Shown here piece by piece: positions 47,573-58,276 of a stretch of DNA of 64,000 nucleotides. The notes below the pieces were generated by a model. The model worked only from the letters and a program-made list of their open reading frames with translations, searched no databases and was not told the DNA's origin. The position numbers were made by a program, and so were the translations under genes. Numbering within the stretch: position 1 is the stretch's first letter; every line of letters begins with the position of its first letter. Origin of the DNA: Ranitomeya imitator (taxonomy: Eukaryota); the NCBI RefSeq assembly GCF_032444005.1, contig NC_091282.1:796390001-796454000 (forward strand), written 5' to 3'.

Positions 47573-48569
47573 AAGTGACGGCTGTTAGGACCATTCTGAA
47601 GGAGAAGCTCTACCTCGCCTGCGAGGTGAGCAAACATGATGACGTCAGTCTTTGGAATTGTTACACCGCTGTATGAAATTCTTGCACTGTGACATCACTG
47701 TGTGCAATGCTCAGTCTTGCTACGTCACCGAACGTGGCGCTGTTTATAGAAGTCACAGTATCCTGTAATGCAATTGCTCACTGATGATGCTGAAATTAGT
47801 TTCATATTCACAAAATGTAGGTTTTTTTTGTGTCTTTTACAAGTTTAATGAGGAGCAGTAATGATCCCTACAATAAAACGGTAACGTGAATAATCTTACA
47901 AGCAGCCGCCAAAGATATAAAAGTATCACTGAAATGTGCACAGTGCTCCACATCTACTATATAATTGTCTAAGGGTCACTCCCGTCTGTCTGTCTGTCCT
48001 TCTGTCACGGTTATTCGTTCGCTGATTGGTCTCGCCAGCTGCCTGTCATGGCTGCCGCGACCAATCAGCGACGGGCACAGTCCGGAAGAAAATGGCTGCT
48101 CCTTACTCCCCGCAGTCAGTGCCTGTTGCCCGCATAGTCCCCTCCGGTCACCGCACTCCGTTACCGCCGCTATTAACCCTGTGTGTCCCCAAATTTTTGC
48201 TATTGACGCTGCCTATGCGGCATCAATAGTAAAAAATGTAATGTTAAAAATAATAATGAAGAAAAAAACCTGCTATACTCACCTTCCGTAGTCGCTCGCG
48301 CCGGCCGCCATCTTCCGTTGCAGCTTCCGGTGGCAAAGATGGTATGGGAGAAGGACCTGCCATGACGTCACGGTCATGTGACCGCGATGTCATCACAGGC
48401 CCTGCGCGCCTGCGCTAGAAAGACCTGCCATGACGTAGGTCATGTGACCGCGACGTCATCATAGGTCCTGCGCTCATACCAACCCTGGGACCGGAAGCTG
48501 CCGTGGACTACAAGGGGCCCTCGGAAAGGTGAGTATATGTTTATTTTTTATTTTTTAAACTGTGACAAA

Positions 48570-50938
48570 CTGGCTGGGCAATATACTACGTGACTGGACA
48601 ATATACTACATAGCTCTGTGCTGTATACTACGTCACTGGGCAATATACTACATAACTGGGCAATATACTACGTGGCTGGGGAATATACTTGGTCACTGGG
48701 CAATACACTACGTGGTTGGGCAATATACTGCGTGACTGGGCAATATACTACGTGACTGTGCAATATACTATGTGGCTGGGCAATATACTACGTGACTGGG
48801 CAATATACTACGTGACTGTGTGTGCAATATACTACGTTGCTGGGCAATATACTACGTCATTGGCCAATATACTACGTGACTGTGTGTGCAATATACTACG
48901 TTGCTGGGCAATATACTACGTCATTGGGCAATATACTACGTGGCTGGGCAATATACTACGTGACTGTGCAATATACTACGTGGCTGGACAATATACTACG
49001 TGGCTGGGCAATATACTACGTGGCTGGGCAATATACTATGTGGGCTGTGCAATATACTACGTGGCTGGGCAATATACTACGTGACTGGACAATATACTAC
49101 GTGGTTGGGCAATATACTACGTGGTTGGGCAATATACTACGTGGTTGGGCAATATACTACGTGGCTGGGCAATATACTACGTGGCTGGGCAATATACTAC
49201 GTGGCTGGGCAATATACTACGTGGCTGTGCAATATACTACGTGGCTGTGCAATATACTACGTCATTGGGCAATATACTACGTGGCTGGGCAATATACTAC
49301 GGGGCTGGGCAATATACTACGTAACTGGGCAATATACTACATGGCTGCGCAATATACTACGTCGCTAGGCAATATACTACATAACTGGGCAATATACTAC
49401 ATAACTGGGCAATATACTACGTGGCTGGGCAATATACTTTGTCACTGGGCAATACACTACGTGGTTGGGCAATATACTGCGTGACTGGGCAATATACTAC
49501 GTGACTGTGCAATATACTACGTGGCTGGGCAATATACTACGTGACTGGGCAATATACTACGTGACTGTGCAATATACTATGTGGCTGGGCAATATACTAC
49601 TGTTGAGGGAGGATCTAAAGTGATCCTTCACGGTTGACTCAGTGATTTCCAAATTAATCTAAAGGGCATTGCCGGCAACTGAAAATGACCAGACGGAGAC
49701 TCGTGCCTCTGTGTGGGGGATCGAGCAGATCTCTGGGCCCCCGTTTATTCTCTGACTTTTCATAGTCATAGAAATTATACTTCAACCAATCAGCATAAGA
49801 ACACGTTCACAGTTCTTAACCTATAAGAATGCAGGAACAGTCTGTACGTCAAAGTCTCGTAGAACAATACACCCTCAGTCTCATGTCCTGGCAGATTGCA
49901 ACAATCAAGGTCTCATCAAGGTCTCATAACATCTGTAAACTTTAGTCTACTAACAAAATTTATATTCAAAACAACAAAATGGAGTCGAAAAGCACAAAAT
50001 GGAGAATCCTTCTTAATTTGTTCCTTCACACTACGTGACTGGGCAATATACTACGTGACTGTGCAATATACTACGTGGTTGGGCAATATACTACGTGACT
50101 GGGCAATATACTACGTGACTGTGCAATATACTATGTGGCTGGGCAATATACTATGTGACTGGGCAATATACTACGTGACTGTGCAATATACTACGTGGCT
50201 TGGCAATATACTACGTGACTGGGCAATATACTACGTGACTGTGTAATATACTACGTTGCTGGGCAATATACTACGTCATTGGGCAATATACTACATGGCT
50301 GGGCAATATACTACGTGGCTGGGCAATATACTACGTGGCTGGGCAATATACTACGTGGGCTGTGCAATATACTACGTGGCTGGGCAATATACTACGTGAC
50401 TGGGCAATATACTACGTGGTTGGGCAATATACTATGTGGTTGGGCAATATACTACGTGGTTGAGCAATATACTACGTGGCTGGGCAATATACTACGTGGC
50501 TGGGCAATATACTACGTGGCTGTGCAATATACTACGTGGCTGTGCAATATACTACGTCATTGGGCAATATACTACGTGGCTGGGCAATATACTACGTGAC
50601 TGCAATATACTACGTGGCTGGGCAATATACTACGTGGCTGGGCAATATACTATGTGGCTGGGCAATATACTACGTGGCTGGGCAATATACTATGTGGCTG
50701 GGCAATATACTACGTGGCTGGGCAATATACTTCGTGGGCTGTGCAATATACTACGTGACTGGGCAATATACTACGTGGTTGGGCAATATACTACGTGGTT
50801 GGGCAATATACTACGTGGTTGGGCAATATACTATGTGGCTGGGCAATGTACTACGTGGCTGGGCAATATACTACGTGGTTGGGCAATATACTACGTGATT
50901 GGGCAATATATTACGTGGCTGGGCAATATACTACGTGG
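48570..50938. repeat. 20-bp minisatellite (TGGGCAATATACTACGTGGC)
   Basis: Read directly; source of the repetitive ORFs at 48.7-51.2 kb. Confidence 0.97.
49601..50030 (-). mobile_element. Solo LTR (430 bp) inside the Helitron minisatellite
   Basis: TGTTGAGGGA...TTCCTTCACA termini, 4-bp TSD CTAC; AATAAA on minus suggests orientation. Confidence 0.82.
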
Positions 50939-51225
50939 ACATGCATATTCTAGAATACCCGATGCGTTAGAATCGGGCCACCATCTAGTCAAATATATGT
51001 CTCTAAAGCATGGCCCAAATGGGTTCTCAGCTAGTGCCAGGTCCCCACAACCCACCAGAGGTTCAAGTGTATCTGTATCCTGGATGCCGTTACCTTTGAA
51101 CGTAATGATGATAGAGGCGGCCTTCCGATCCCTCCGTTATTCTCCCTGTGCGTCTGACATCTCAGTGGAGTGGGTGTGATGATCTCAATAAAATGCACCT
51201 GCAGTGCAGAGCGTCAGGACGGTAA

Positions 51226-52020
51226 GGCCTCTTTCACACTTGCGTCGTTTTAGATCCGTCGCAATGCGTCGTTTTGGGAAAAAACGCATCCTGCAAATGC
51301 GTCCGTCATGCAAAGGATGCGTCGTGTTTTGGCAGACCGTAGTCACGAAAAAACGTTCAATGTAACGTTTTTTCGTTTGTTGGATCCACCATTTCCTCCC
51401 CATTTCCAGAACTCCGCCCCCTCTTCCCCGGGACTTAGAATGGGCAGCGGATGCGTTGAAAAACTGCATCCACTGCTCACGTTGTGCCGAATTTGCACAA
51501 CGTACGTTGGTACGTCGCTCCGACGCTTTCAGCTTCCATCACAATCCGTTGGTTTTTGAGAATGCAGAATCCTGCATTTTCCCATAGAGTTGTATTAGCG
51601 GCGGATTGTGACGGATGGCCATCCGTTTCATCTGTCGTGCACTGGATCCGTCGAAAAATAGCGGTCCGTAGTGCGGAGAAAACGTTCAGTCAGAAAAATC
51701 GGTCAGCGACGTATCCTGCGCTGCCCGTCATCAGCTAAAATGGAAGCCTATGGATGCAGGATCCATCGCTGACTGTTACACACAGGAATCCAGCCACGTA
51801 TCACGTTTTTCCCCTCTGAGCATGCCCGGAAGGATTTTCAAATCCGGGAAAAAGTCTCTCTCTCTTCTCTCTCTCTCTCTCTCTCTCATTCCCGGACATT
51901 TCTCCATTGACATTGTGGCAACAACACAAACGACGCATCCGTCATTACACTAGATGCGTCACACACGTTTTTCACTATTTTCGTGACGTCCGTCGATACG
52001 TCATTTCACTGCACAACGAT
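51226..52020. mobile_element. PIF/Harbinger-type MITE, right end missing
   Basis: TAA|GGCCTCTTTCACACTTGCGTC, internal similarity to 1800-2222. Confidence 0.65.
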
Positions 52021-53335
52021 GCACAGCAGCAGCGGGTGAACAAGGAGAGGTTTTTTATTATATTGTGTGGAGAGGTGCAGGAGCCATCATACTGTGTGAG
52101 GGGTACTGTAAGGGTCATTATGCTGTAAGGAGTTACTGTGCAGGCATTATACTGTGTGTGGGAGACTATGGAGGCATTACACTGTGTGTGGGGGACTGTG
52201 GGGCCTTATACTGTGCGTGGGGGACTATGGAGGCATTACACTGTATGTGGGGGACTGTGGGGCATTATACTGTGCGTGGGGGACTATGGAGGCATTACAC
52301 TGTGTGTGGGGACTATGGAGGCATTATACTGTGTGTGAGGGACTCTACAGAAATTAGTTTGTTGGTTTCAGTGTGGGGGCATTATACTGTGTTTGTGGTG
52401 GACTGTGTGTGGCATTATACTGTGCGTGGGGGACTGTAGGAACGTTATAGTGTGTTGGGGTCACTGTGGGGGAGTTATACTGTGTGTTGGGATTGTGGGG
52501 GCATTACACTGTGTGGCGGACTGTGGGGGCGTTATACTGTGTGTGAGGGACTGTGCAGACATTAGTCTGTTGGTTTCAGTGTGGGGCATTATAATGTGTA
52601 TGTGGTGGACTGTGTGTGGCATTATACTGTGCGTGGGGGACTGTGGGGACGTTATACTGTGTTGGGCTCACTGTGGGGGAGTTATACTGCGTGTGGTGCA
52701 CTGTGAGAGGCGCATTATACTGTGCATAGGTGCTGTGGGGGCATTATACTGTGTTGGGTCAATGTGAGGGAATTATACTGTGTGTGGGGGACTGTAGAGG
52801 TCATCATACTCTGTAGGGATCACTGTGAGGGAGTTATACTGTGTGTGGTGGATTGTGAGATGGGTATTATACTGCGTTGGCATCACTATGGGGCATTATA
52901 CTGTGTGCAGGGGACTGTGGGGGCCATCACACTGTGTTGGGGTCACTGCTGTAGCACTGTATTGTGTGTCGTGGACTGTGAGGGGCATTATACCGTGTTA
53001 GGGTCACTGTGGGGGCATTTTACTGTGTCAGACTGTTGGGATATTATACTGTGTTTTATCATTGTGGAGGTAATATACTGTGTGTGGGGGTCATCATACT
53101 ATGCTGGTATCACTGTGTGGGCATTATACGTTCAGTGGGGGACAGTTGGAGGCATTGCACTGTCTTGGGATCACTGTTAGGGCATTATACTTTGTGTGGG
53201 AGGTTATGGGGGTCATCATACTGTGTTGGGATCACTATGGAGACATTATACTGTGTGTGGAGAACTGTGGGGGCATTATACTGTGTGTGGGTGGTTCTGT
53301 TGGGGTATTATACTGTGTTGTATCACTGTGGTTGC

Positions 53336-54443
53336 TGTCACGACACAGCTGTCGGGTGACCCCGGACCAGGGGCTCCTTCCTTGTCCCTAGCACTAGGGG
53401 GTGTCCTAGCTTGCCCTGCTCCCCTGGATACTTCAGATGGTGAAGACGCCGGGGCCTCCACCCTTGCCTTATCTCCTAAGCTAGCCCTCCATCTGTTATT
53501 TTCCCCCACCCAGGGAAGCGGGGCGCTACTATGCACCATTGGACACCAACCTGACAAACAAGGCAACACAAACAAGGGTTAATAGAAAACTCCAGGCATA
53601 CAAATATTCACTCTCATGTAACAGAGGAATGCACCAGGGTGTGAAGGTAAGGGAATAAACAAAAACAGAGAAGGATAAGGAACTACCACGCATACAAACC
53701 AAGCAACAGTCACTAATAACTCCTTCATCTCTCCTTCTCGTATTAACTCCTCTCCCACCATTAGACATGCAGCAAATGCCAGCTCTGACACGGATTTGTA
53801 AAAGAGGCCAGATTATAAAGGGCAAAGAAGTGGCTAACCAAGCTCAGCTGTGAGCACAAAGATTTCCAACATGGTCGATTAACCCCTGTTCTGCCAGAAG
53901 GAATAGTCCCAAAATAAATTTGGCGCTCCAAAGTTAAATGCAGAAAAACTTAGATAATGATTTATTAACATACAGTAGGTACATCCACTGTTTATAAATG
54001 TTGATGTTTTGGCCAACACTAGTCTTTCATCAGAATAATCTTCAGTTCTTTGCGACGAGGCAACAGGTCAGGTGTAACTGAACAGTGGAGTCTAAGCGTG
54101 ATTTAATAAGGCGCTGAGGTTACTGCACTAAAGTGCTGGGTATGAAGCTTCATCGTGTCATCGCAAAGAACTGAAGATTATACACAGTGGATGTATCTAT
54201 GTTAATAAATCACTATCTAAGTTTTACTGCGTTTAAATTTGGAGTGCCGAATTTATTTTGGGACTACTTGGAGTGGTATCCTATTCGTGCACCCTTTTCA
54301 ATGGAGTGCCGTGCAGCCTCTTTTGCTGCCAGAAGGAATGAACACCATTAAAATGACGTAGAAGTGCTTCTTCTCAGTGCTGGCGTAGGAGCAATCTGAC
54401 GCTGCAGTCTTCTGGCTCTACACTGTTGTGGTAACCCGTGACA
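53336..54443. mobile_element. Solo LTR with 5-bp TSD, containing a nested fold-back insertion
   Basis: GTTGC|TGTCACG ... CGTGACA|GTTGC. Confidence 0.88.
53905..54325. mobile_element. Short Penelope-like fold-back insertion with 14-bp TSD and decayed hammerhead
   Basis: TSD CTGCCAGAAGGAAT at 53891-53904 and 54326-54339; arms ~53905-54055 / ~54160-54265; CTGATGA motif on minus. Confidence 0.75.
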
Positions 54444-54597
54444 GTTGCATTATACTTTGTTGTATCACTGTGGGGGCATTATTTTTTTGTGTGGGACTGT
54501 GGGGACATTATAATGTGTTGAAGACACTGTGGGGGCATTTTACTGTGCGTGGAGGACTGTGGAGGCATTATACTGTGTGCGGTGGACTGTTGGGGTA

Positions 54598-56233
54598 CAG
54601 TCATGGCCAAAAGTATTAACACCCCTGCAATTCTGTCAGATAATACTCAGTTTCTTCCTGAAAATGATTGCAATCACAAATTCTTTGTTATTATTATCTT
54701 CATTGAATTTGTCTTAAATGAAAAAAAAACACAAAAAGAATTGTCCTAAAGCCAAATTGGATATAATTCCACACCAAATATAAAAAAGGGGGTGGACAAA
54801 AATATTGGCACCGTTCGAAAAATCATGCGATGCTTCTCTAATTTGTGTAATTAACAGCACCTGTAACTTACCTGTGGCACCTAACAGGTGTTGGCAATAA
54901 CTAAATCACACTTGCAGCCAGTTGACATGGATTAAAGTTGACTCAACCTCTGTCCTGTGTCCTTGTGTGTACCACATTGAGCATGGAGAAAAGAAAGAAG
55001 ACCAAAGAACTGTCTGAGGACTTGAGAAACCAAATTGTGAGGAACCATGAGCAATCTCAAGGCTACAAATCCATCTCCAAAGACCTGAATGTTCCTGTGT
55101 CTACTTTGCACAGTGTCATCAAGAAGTTTAAAGCCATGGCACTGTGGCTAACCTCCCTAGATGAGGATGGAAAAGAAAAATTGACAAGAGATTTCAACGC
55201 AAGATTGTGCGGATGTTGGATAAAGAACCTCGACTAACGTCCAAACAAGTTCAAGCTGTCCTGCAGTCCGAGGGTACAACAGTGTCAACCCGTACTATCC
55301 GTCGGCGTCTGAATGAAAGACTGTATGGTAGGAGACCCAGGAAGACCCCACTTCTTACCCCGAGACATAAAAAAGCCAGGCTGGAGTTTGCCAAAACTTA
55401 CCTGAAAAAGCCTAAAACGTTTTGGAAGAATGTTCTCTGGTCAGATGAGACAAAAGTAGAGCTTTTGGGGCAAAGGCATCAACATAGAGTTTACAGGAGA
55501 AAAAAAGAGGCATTCAAAGAAAAGAACACGGTACCTACAGTCAAACATGGCGGAGGTTCCCTGATGTTTTAGGGTTGCTTTGCTGCCTCTGGCACTGGAC
55601 TGCTTGACCGTGTGCATGGCATTATGAAGTCTGAAGACTACCAACAAATTTTGCAGCATAATGTAGGGCCCAGTGTGAGAAAGCTGGGTCTCCCTCAGAG
55701 GTCATGGGTCTTCCAGCAGGACAATGACCCAAAACACACTTCAAAAAGCACTAGAAAATGGTTTGAGAGAAAGCACTGGAGACTTCTATGGTGGCCAGCA
55801 ATGAGTCCAGACCTGAATCCCATTGAACACCTGTGGAGAGATCTAAAGATGGCAGTTTGGAGAAGGCACCCTTCAAATATCAGGGACCTGGAGCAGTTTG
55901 CCAAAGAAGAATGGTCTAAAATTCCAGCAGAGCATTGTAAGAAACTCATTGATGGTTACCGGAAGCGGTTGGTCGCAGTTATTTTGGCTAAAGGTTGTAC
56001 AACCAAGTATTAGGCCAAGGGTGCCAATACTTTTGTCTAGCCCATTTTTGGAGTTTTGTGTGAAATGATCAATGTTTTGCTTTTTGCTTCATTCTCTTTT
56101 GTGTTTTTATCATTTAAGACAAATTAAATGAAGATAATAATACCAAAGAATTTGTGATTGCAATCATATTCAGGAAGAAACTGAGTATTATCTGACAGAA
56201 TTGCAGGGGTGTCAATACTTTTGGCCATGAGTG
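54598..56233 (+). mobile_element. Full-length Tc1 transposon, defective
   Basis: TA|CAGTCATGGCCAAAAGTATT.. ~200-bp TIRs ..TTGGCCATGAGTG|TA. Confidence 0.96.
54983..56013 (+). pseudogene. Tc1 transposase pseudogene (DD34E)
   Basis: WSDETK, FQQDNDPKH, SPDLNPIEHLW; frameshifts in the N-terminal part and in-frame TAG at 55570-55572. Confidence 0.95.
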
Positions 56234-56772
56234 TATTATGCTGTGTTGTATCACTGTGGGAGCATTATACTGTGTTGTTTCACTGTGGGGGCATTATACT
56301 GTGTGTGGGGGACTGTGTAGGCAGTATACTGTGTTGTATCACTGTGGGGTCATTATACTGTGTGTGTGGGACTGTGGGGACATTATACTGTGTGTGTAGG
56401 ACTATGAGGGCATTTTACTGTGTACGGGGGGCTGTTGGGGTATTATACTGTGTTGTATCACTCTGGGGGCATTATAGTGTGTGTGGGAGACTATGGGGGC
56501 ATTATACTGTGTGGGGGGACTATGGGGGCATTATACTGTGCATCGGGGACTATGGGGCATTACACTGTTTGTGGGAGACTGTGAAGGATTATACTGTGTT
56601 TTATCACTGTGAGGGCATTATACTGTGTAAAGGGGACTATGGGGGCATTATATTGTGTGGGGGGACTATGGGGGCATTATACTGTGTGTGGGAGACTGTG
56701 GGGGCATTATACTGTGTGTGGGGGACTATGGGGCATGATACTGTGCGTGGGGGACTATGGAGGCATTACACT

Positions 56773-57154
56773 GTATGTGCACACGTTGCGGATTTGGCTG
56801 CGGATCTGCAGCGGATTTGGCCCTGCGGCTCCGCAGCAGTTTTCCATGTGGTGTACAGTACCATGTTAACCTATGGAAAACCAAATCTGCAGTACACATG
56901 CTGCGGAAAATTCAGCGCACAAACGCTGCGGTTTATTTTCTGCGGCATGTCAATTCTTTGCGCGGATTCCACTGCGTTTTTCACCTATTTCATTATAGGA
57001 ATCCGCAGGTGTAAAAACGCAGGTGAAATTCCCACAAAATCTGCGGAAAATCTTCAGGGAATCCGCAGGTAAAACGCTGAGCATTTTACCTGCGGATTCT
57101 GTAGAATCTGCGCAGAAAAATTCGCAATGGAATCTGCAACGTGTGCACATAGCC
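56773..57154. mobile_element. PIF/Harbinger-type MITE (GGGTATGTGCACAC family), left end clipped
   Basis: GTATGTGCACACGTTGC ... GTGTGCACATAGCC|TTA. Confidence 0.75.
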
Positions 57155-57157
57155 TTA

Positions 57158-57862
57158 AGGTACCGTCACACTAAGCAACGCTGCAGCGATACCGACAACG
57201 ATCCGGATCGCTGCAGCGTCGCTGTTTGGTCACTGGAGAGCTGTCACACAGACCGCTCTCCAGCGACCAACGATGCCGGTAACCAGGGTAAACATCGGGT
57301 TACTAAGCGCAGGGCCGCGCTTAGTAACCCGATGTTTACCCTGGTTACCATCCTAAAAGTAAAAAAAACAACCACTACATACTTGCCTACCGCTGTCTGT
57401 CCTCGGCGCTCTGCTTCTCTGGTCTGGCTGTGAGCGCCGGGCAGCCGGAAAGCAGAGAGGTGACGTCACCGCTCTGCTTTCCGGCCGCTGTGCTCACAGC
57501 CAGAGCAGAGAAGCACAGCGCCGGGGACAGACAGCGGTAGGTAAGTATGTAGCGGTTGTTTTTTTTACTTTAACGATGGTAACCAGGGTAAACATCGGGT
57601 TACTAAGCGCGGCCCTGCGCTTAGTAACCCGATGTTTACCCTGGTTACCAGCGAAGACATCGCTGAATCGGTGTCACACACGCCGATTCAGCGATGTCTG
57701 CGGGGAGTCCAGCGACGAAACAAAGTTCTGGACTTTCTTCCCCGACCAGCGACAGCACAGCAGGGGCCTGATCGCTGCTGCCTGTCACACTGGACGACAT
57801 CGCTAGCCAGGACGCTGCAATGTCACGGATCGCTAGCGATATCGTCTAGTGTGACGGTACCT
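57158..57862. mobile_element. Palindromic MITE (AGGTACCGTCACAC family)
   Basis: TIRs with TTA duplication; sister of 16165-16884. Confidence 0.88.
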
Positions 57863-58276
57863 TTAGGGCATTATACTGTGCATGGGAGACTGTGGGGGCA
57901 TTATATTGTGTGTGGGAGACTGTGGGGGTATTATACTGTGTTATATCACTGTGAGGGCATTATACTTTGTGGGGGGGCTCTGGGGGCATTACACTGTGTT
58001 GGGGCTCTGGGGGCATTATACTTTGTGGGGGGGCTCTGGGGGCATTATACTGTGTGGGGGGCTCTGGGGGCATTATACTTTGTGGGGGGGCTCTGGGGCC
58101 ATTATACTGTGTGGGGGGACTATACTGGCATTATACTGTGCGTGGGGGACTGTGGGGGCATTTTACTGTTTTGGGCCCTTTGGCATCTTACTTTATGGGG
58201 CCCATGAAGGGGTACGTTAGTGCGTGGAAACTCTAAGTGGGCTTCAAAGGTGTTAGGCATGCTGTTCTGTTTCCCT

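Larger units (their letters stand above)
47953..50988 (+). mobile_element. Non-autonomous Helitron with internal 20-bp minisatellite
   Basis: A|TC start, subterminal hairpin CCCGAT-GCGTTAGA-ATCGGG (50958-50977), CTAG|T end, no TSD. Confidence 0.9.
52055..58150. repeat. Degenerate ~30-bp G/T-rich satellite (GGGGCATTATACTGTGTGTGGGGGACTGTG) fragmented by insertions
   Basis: Same unit resumes after each inserted element. Confidence 0.9.

Noticed and set aside
47782-47806. CTGATGATGCTGAAA as a hammerhead
   Set aside because: No stem I or III pairing and no cleavage triplet
48689-51179. WAIYYVAGQYTT-type ORFs
   Set aside because: Artefacts of the 20-bp Helitron minisatellite
52065-58236. Gly/Cys/Val-rich ORFs
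   Set aside because: Translations of the degenerate ~30-bp satellite
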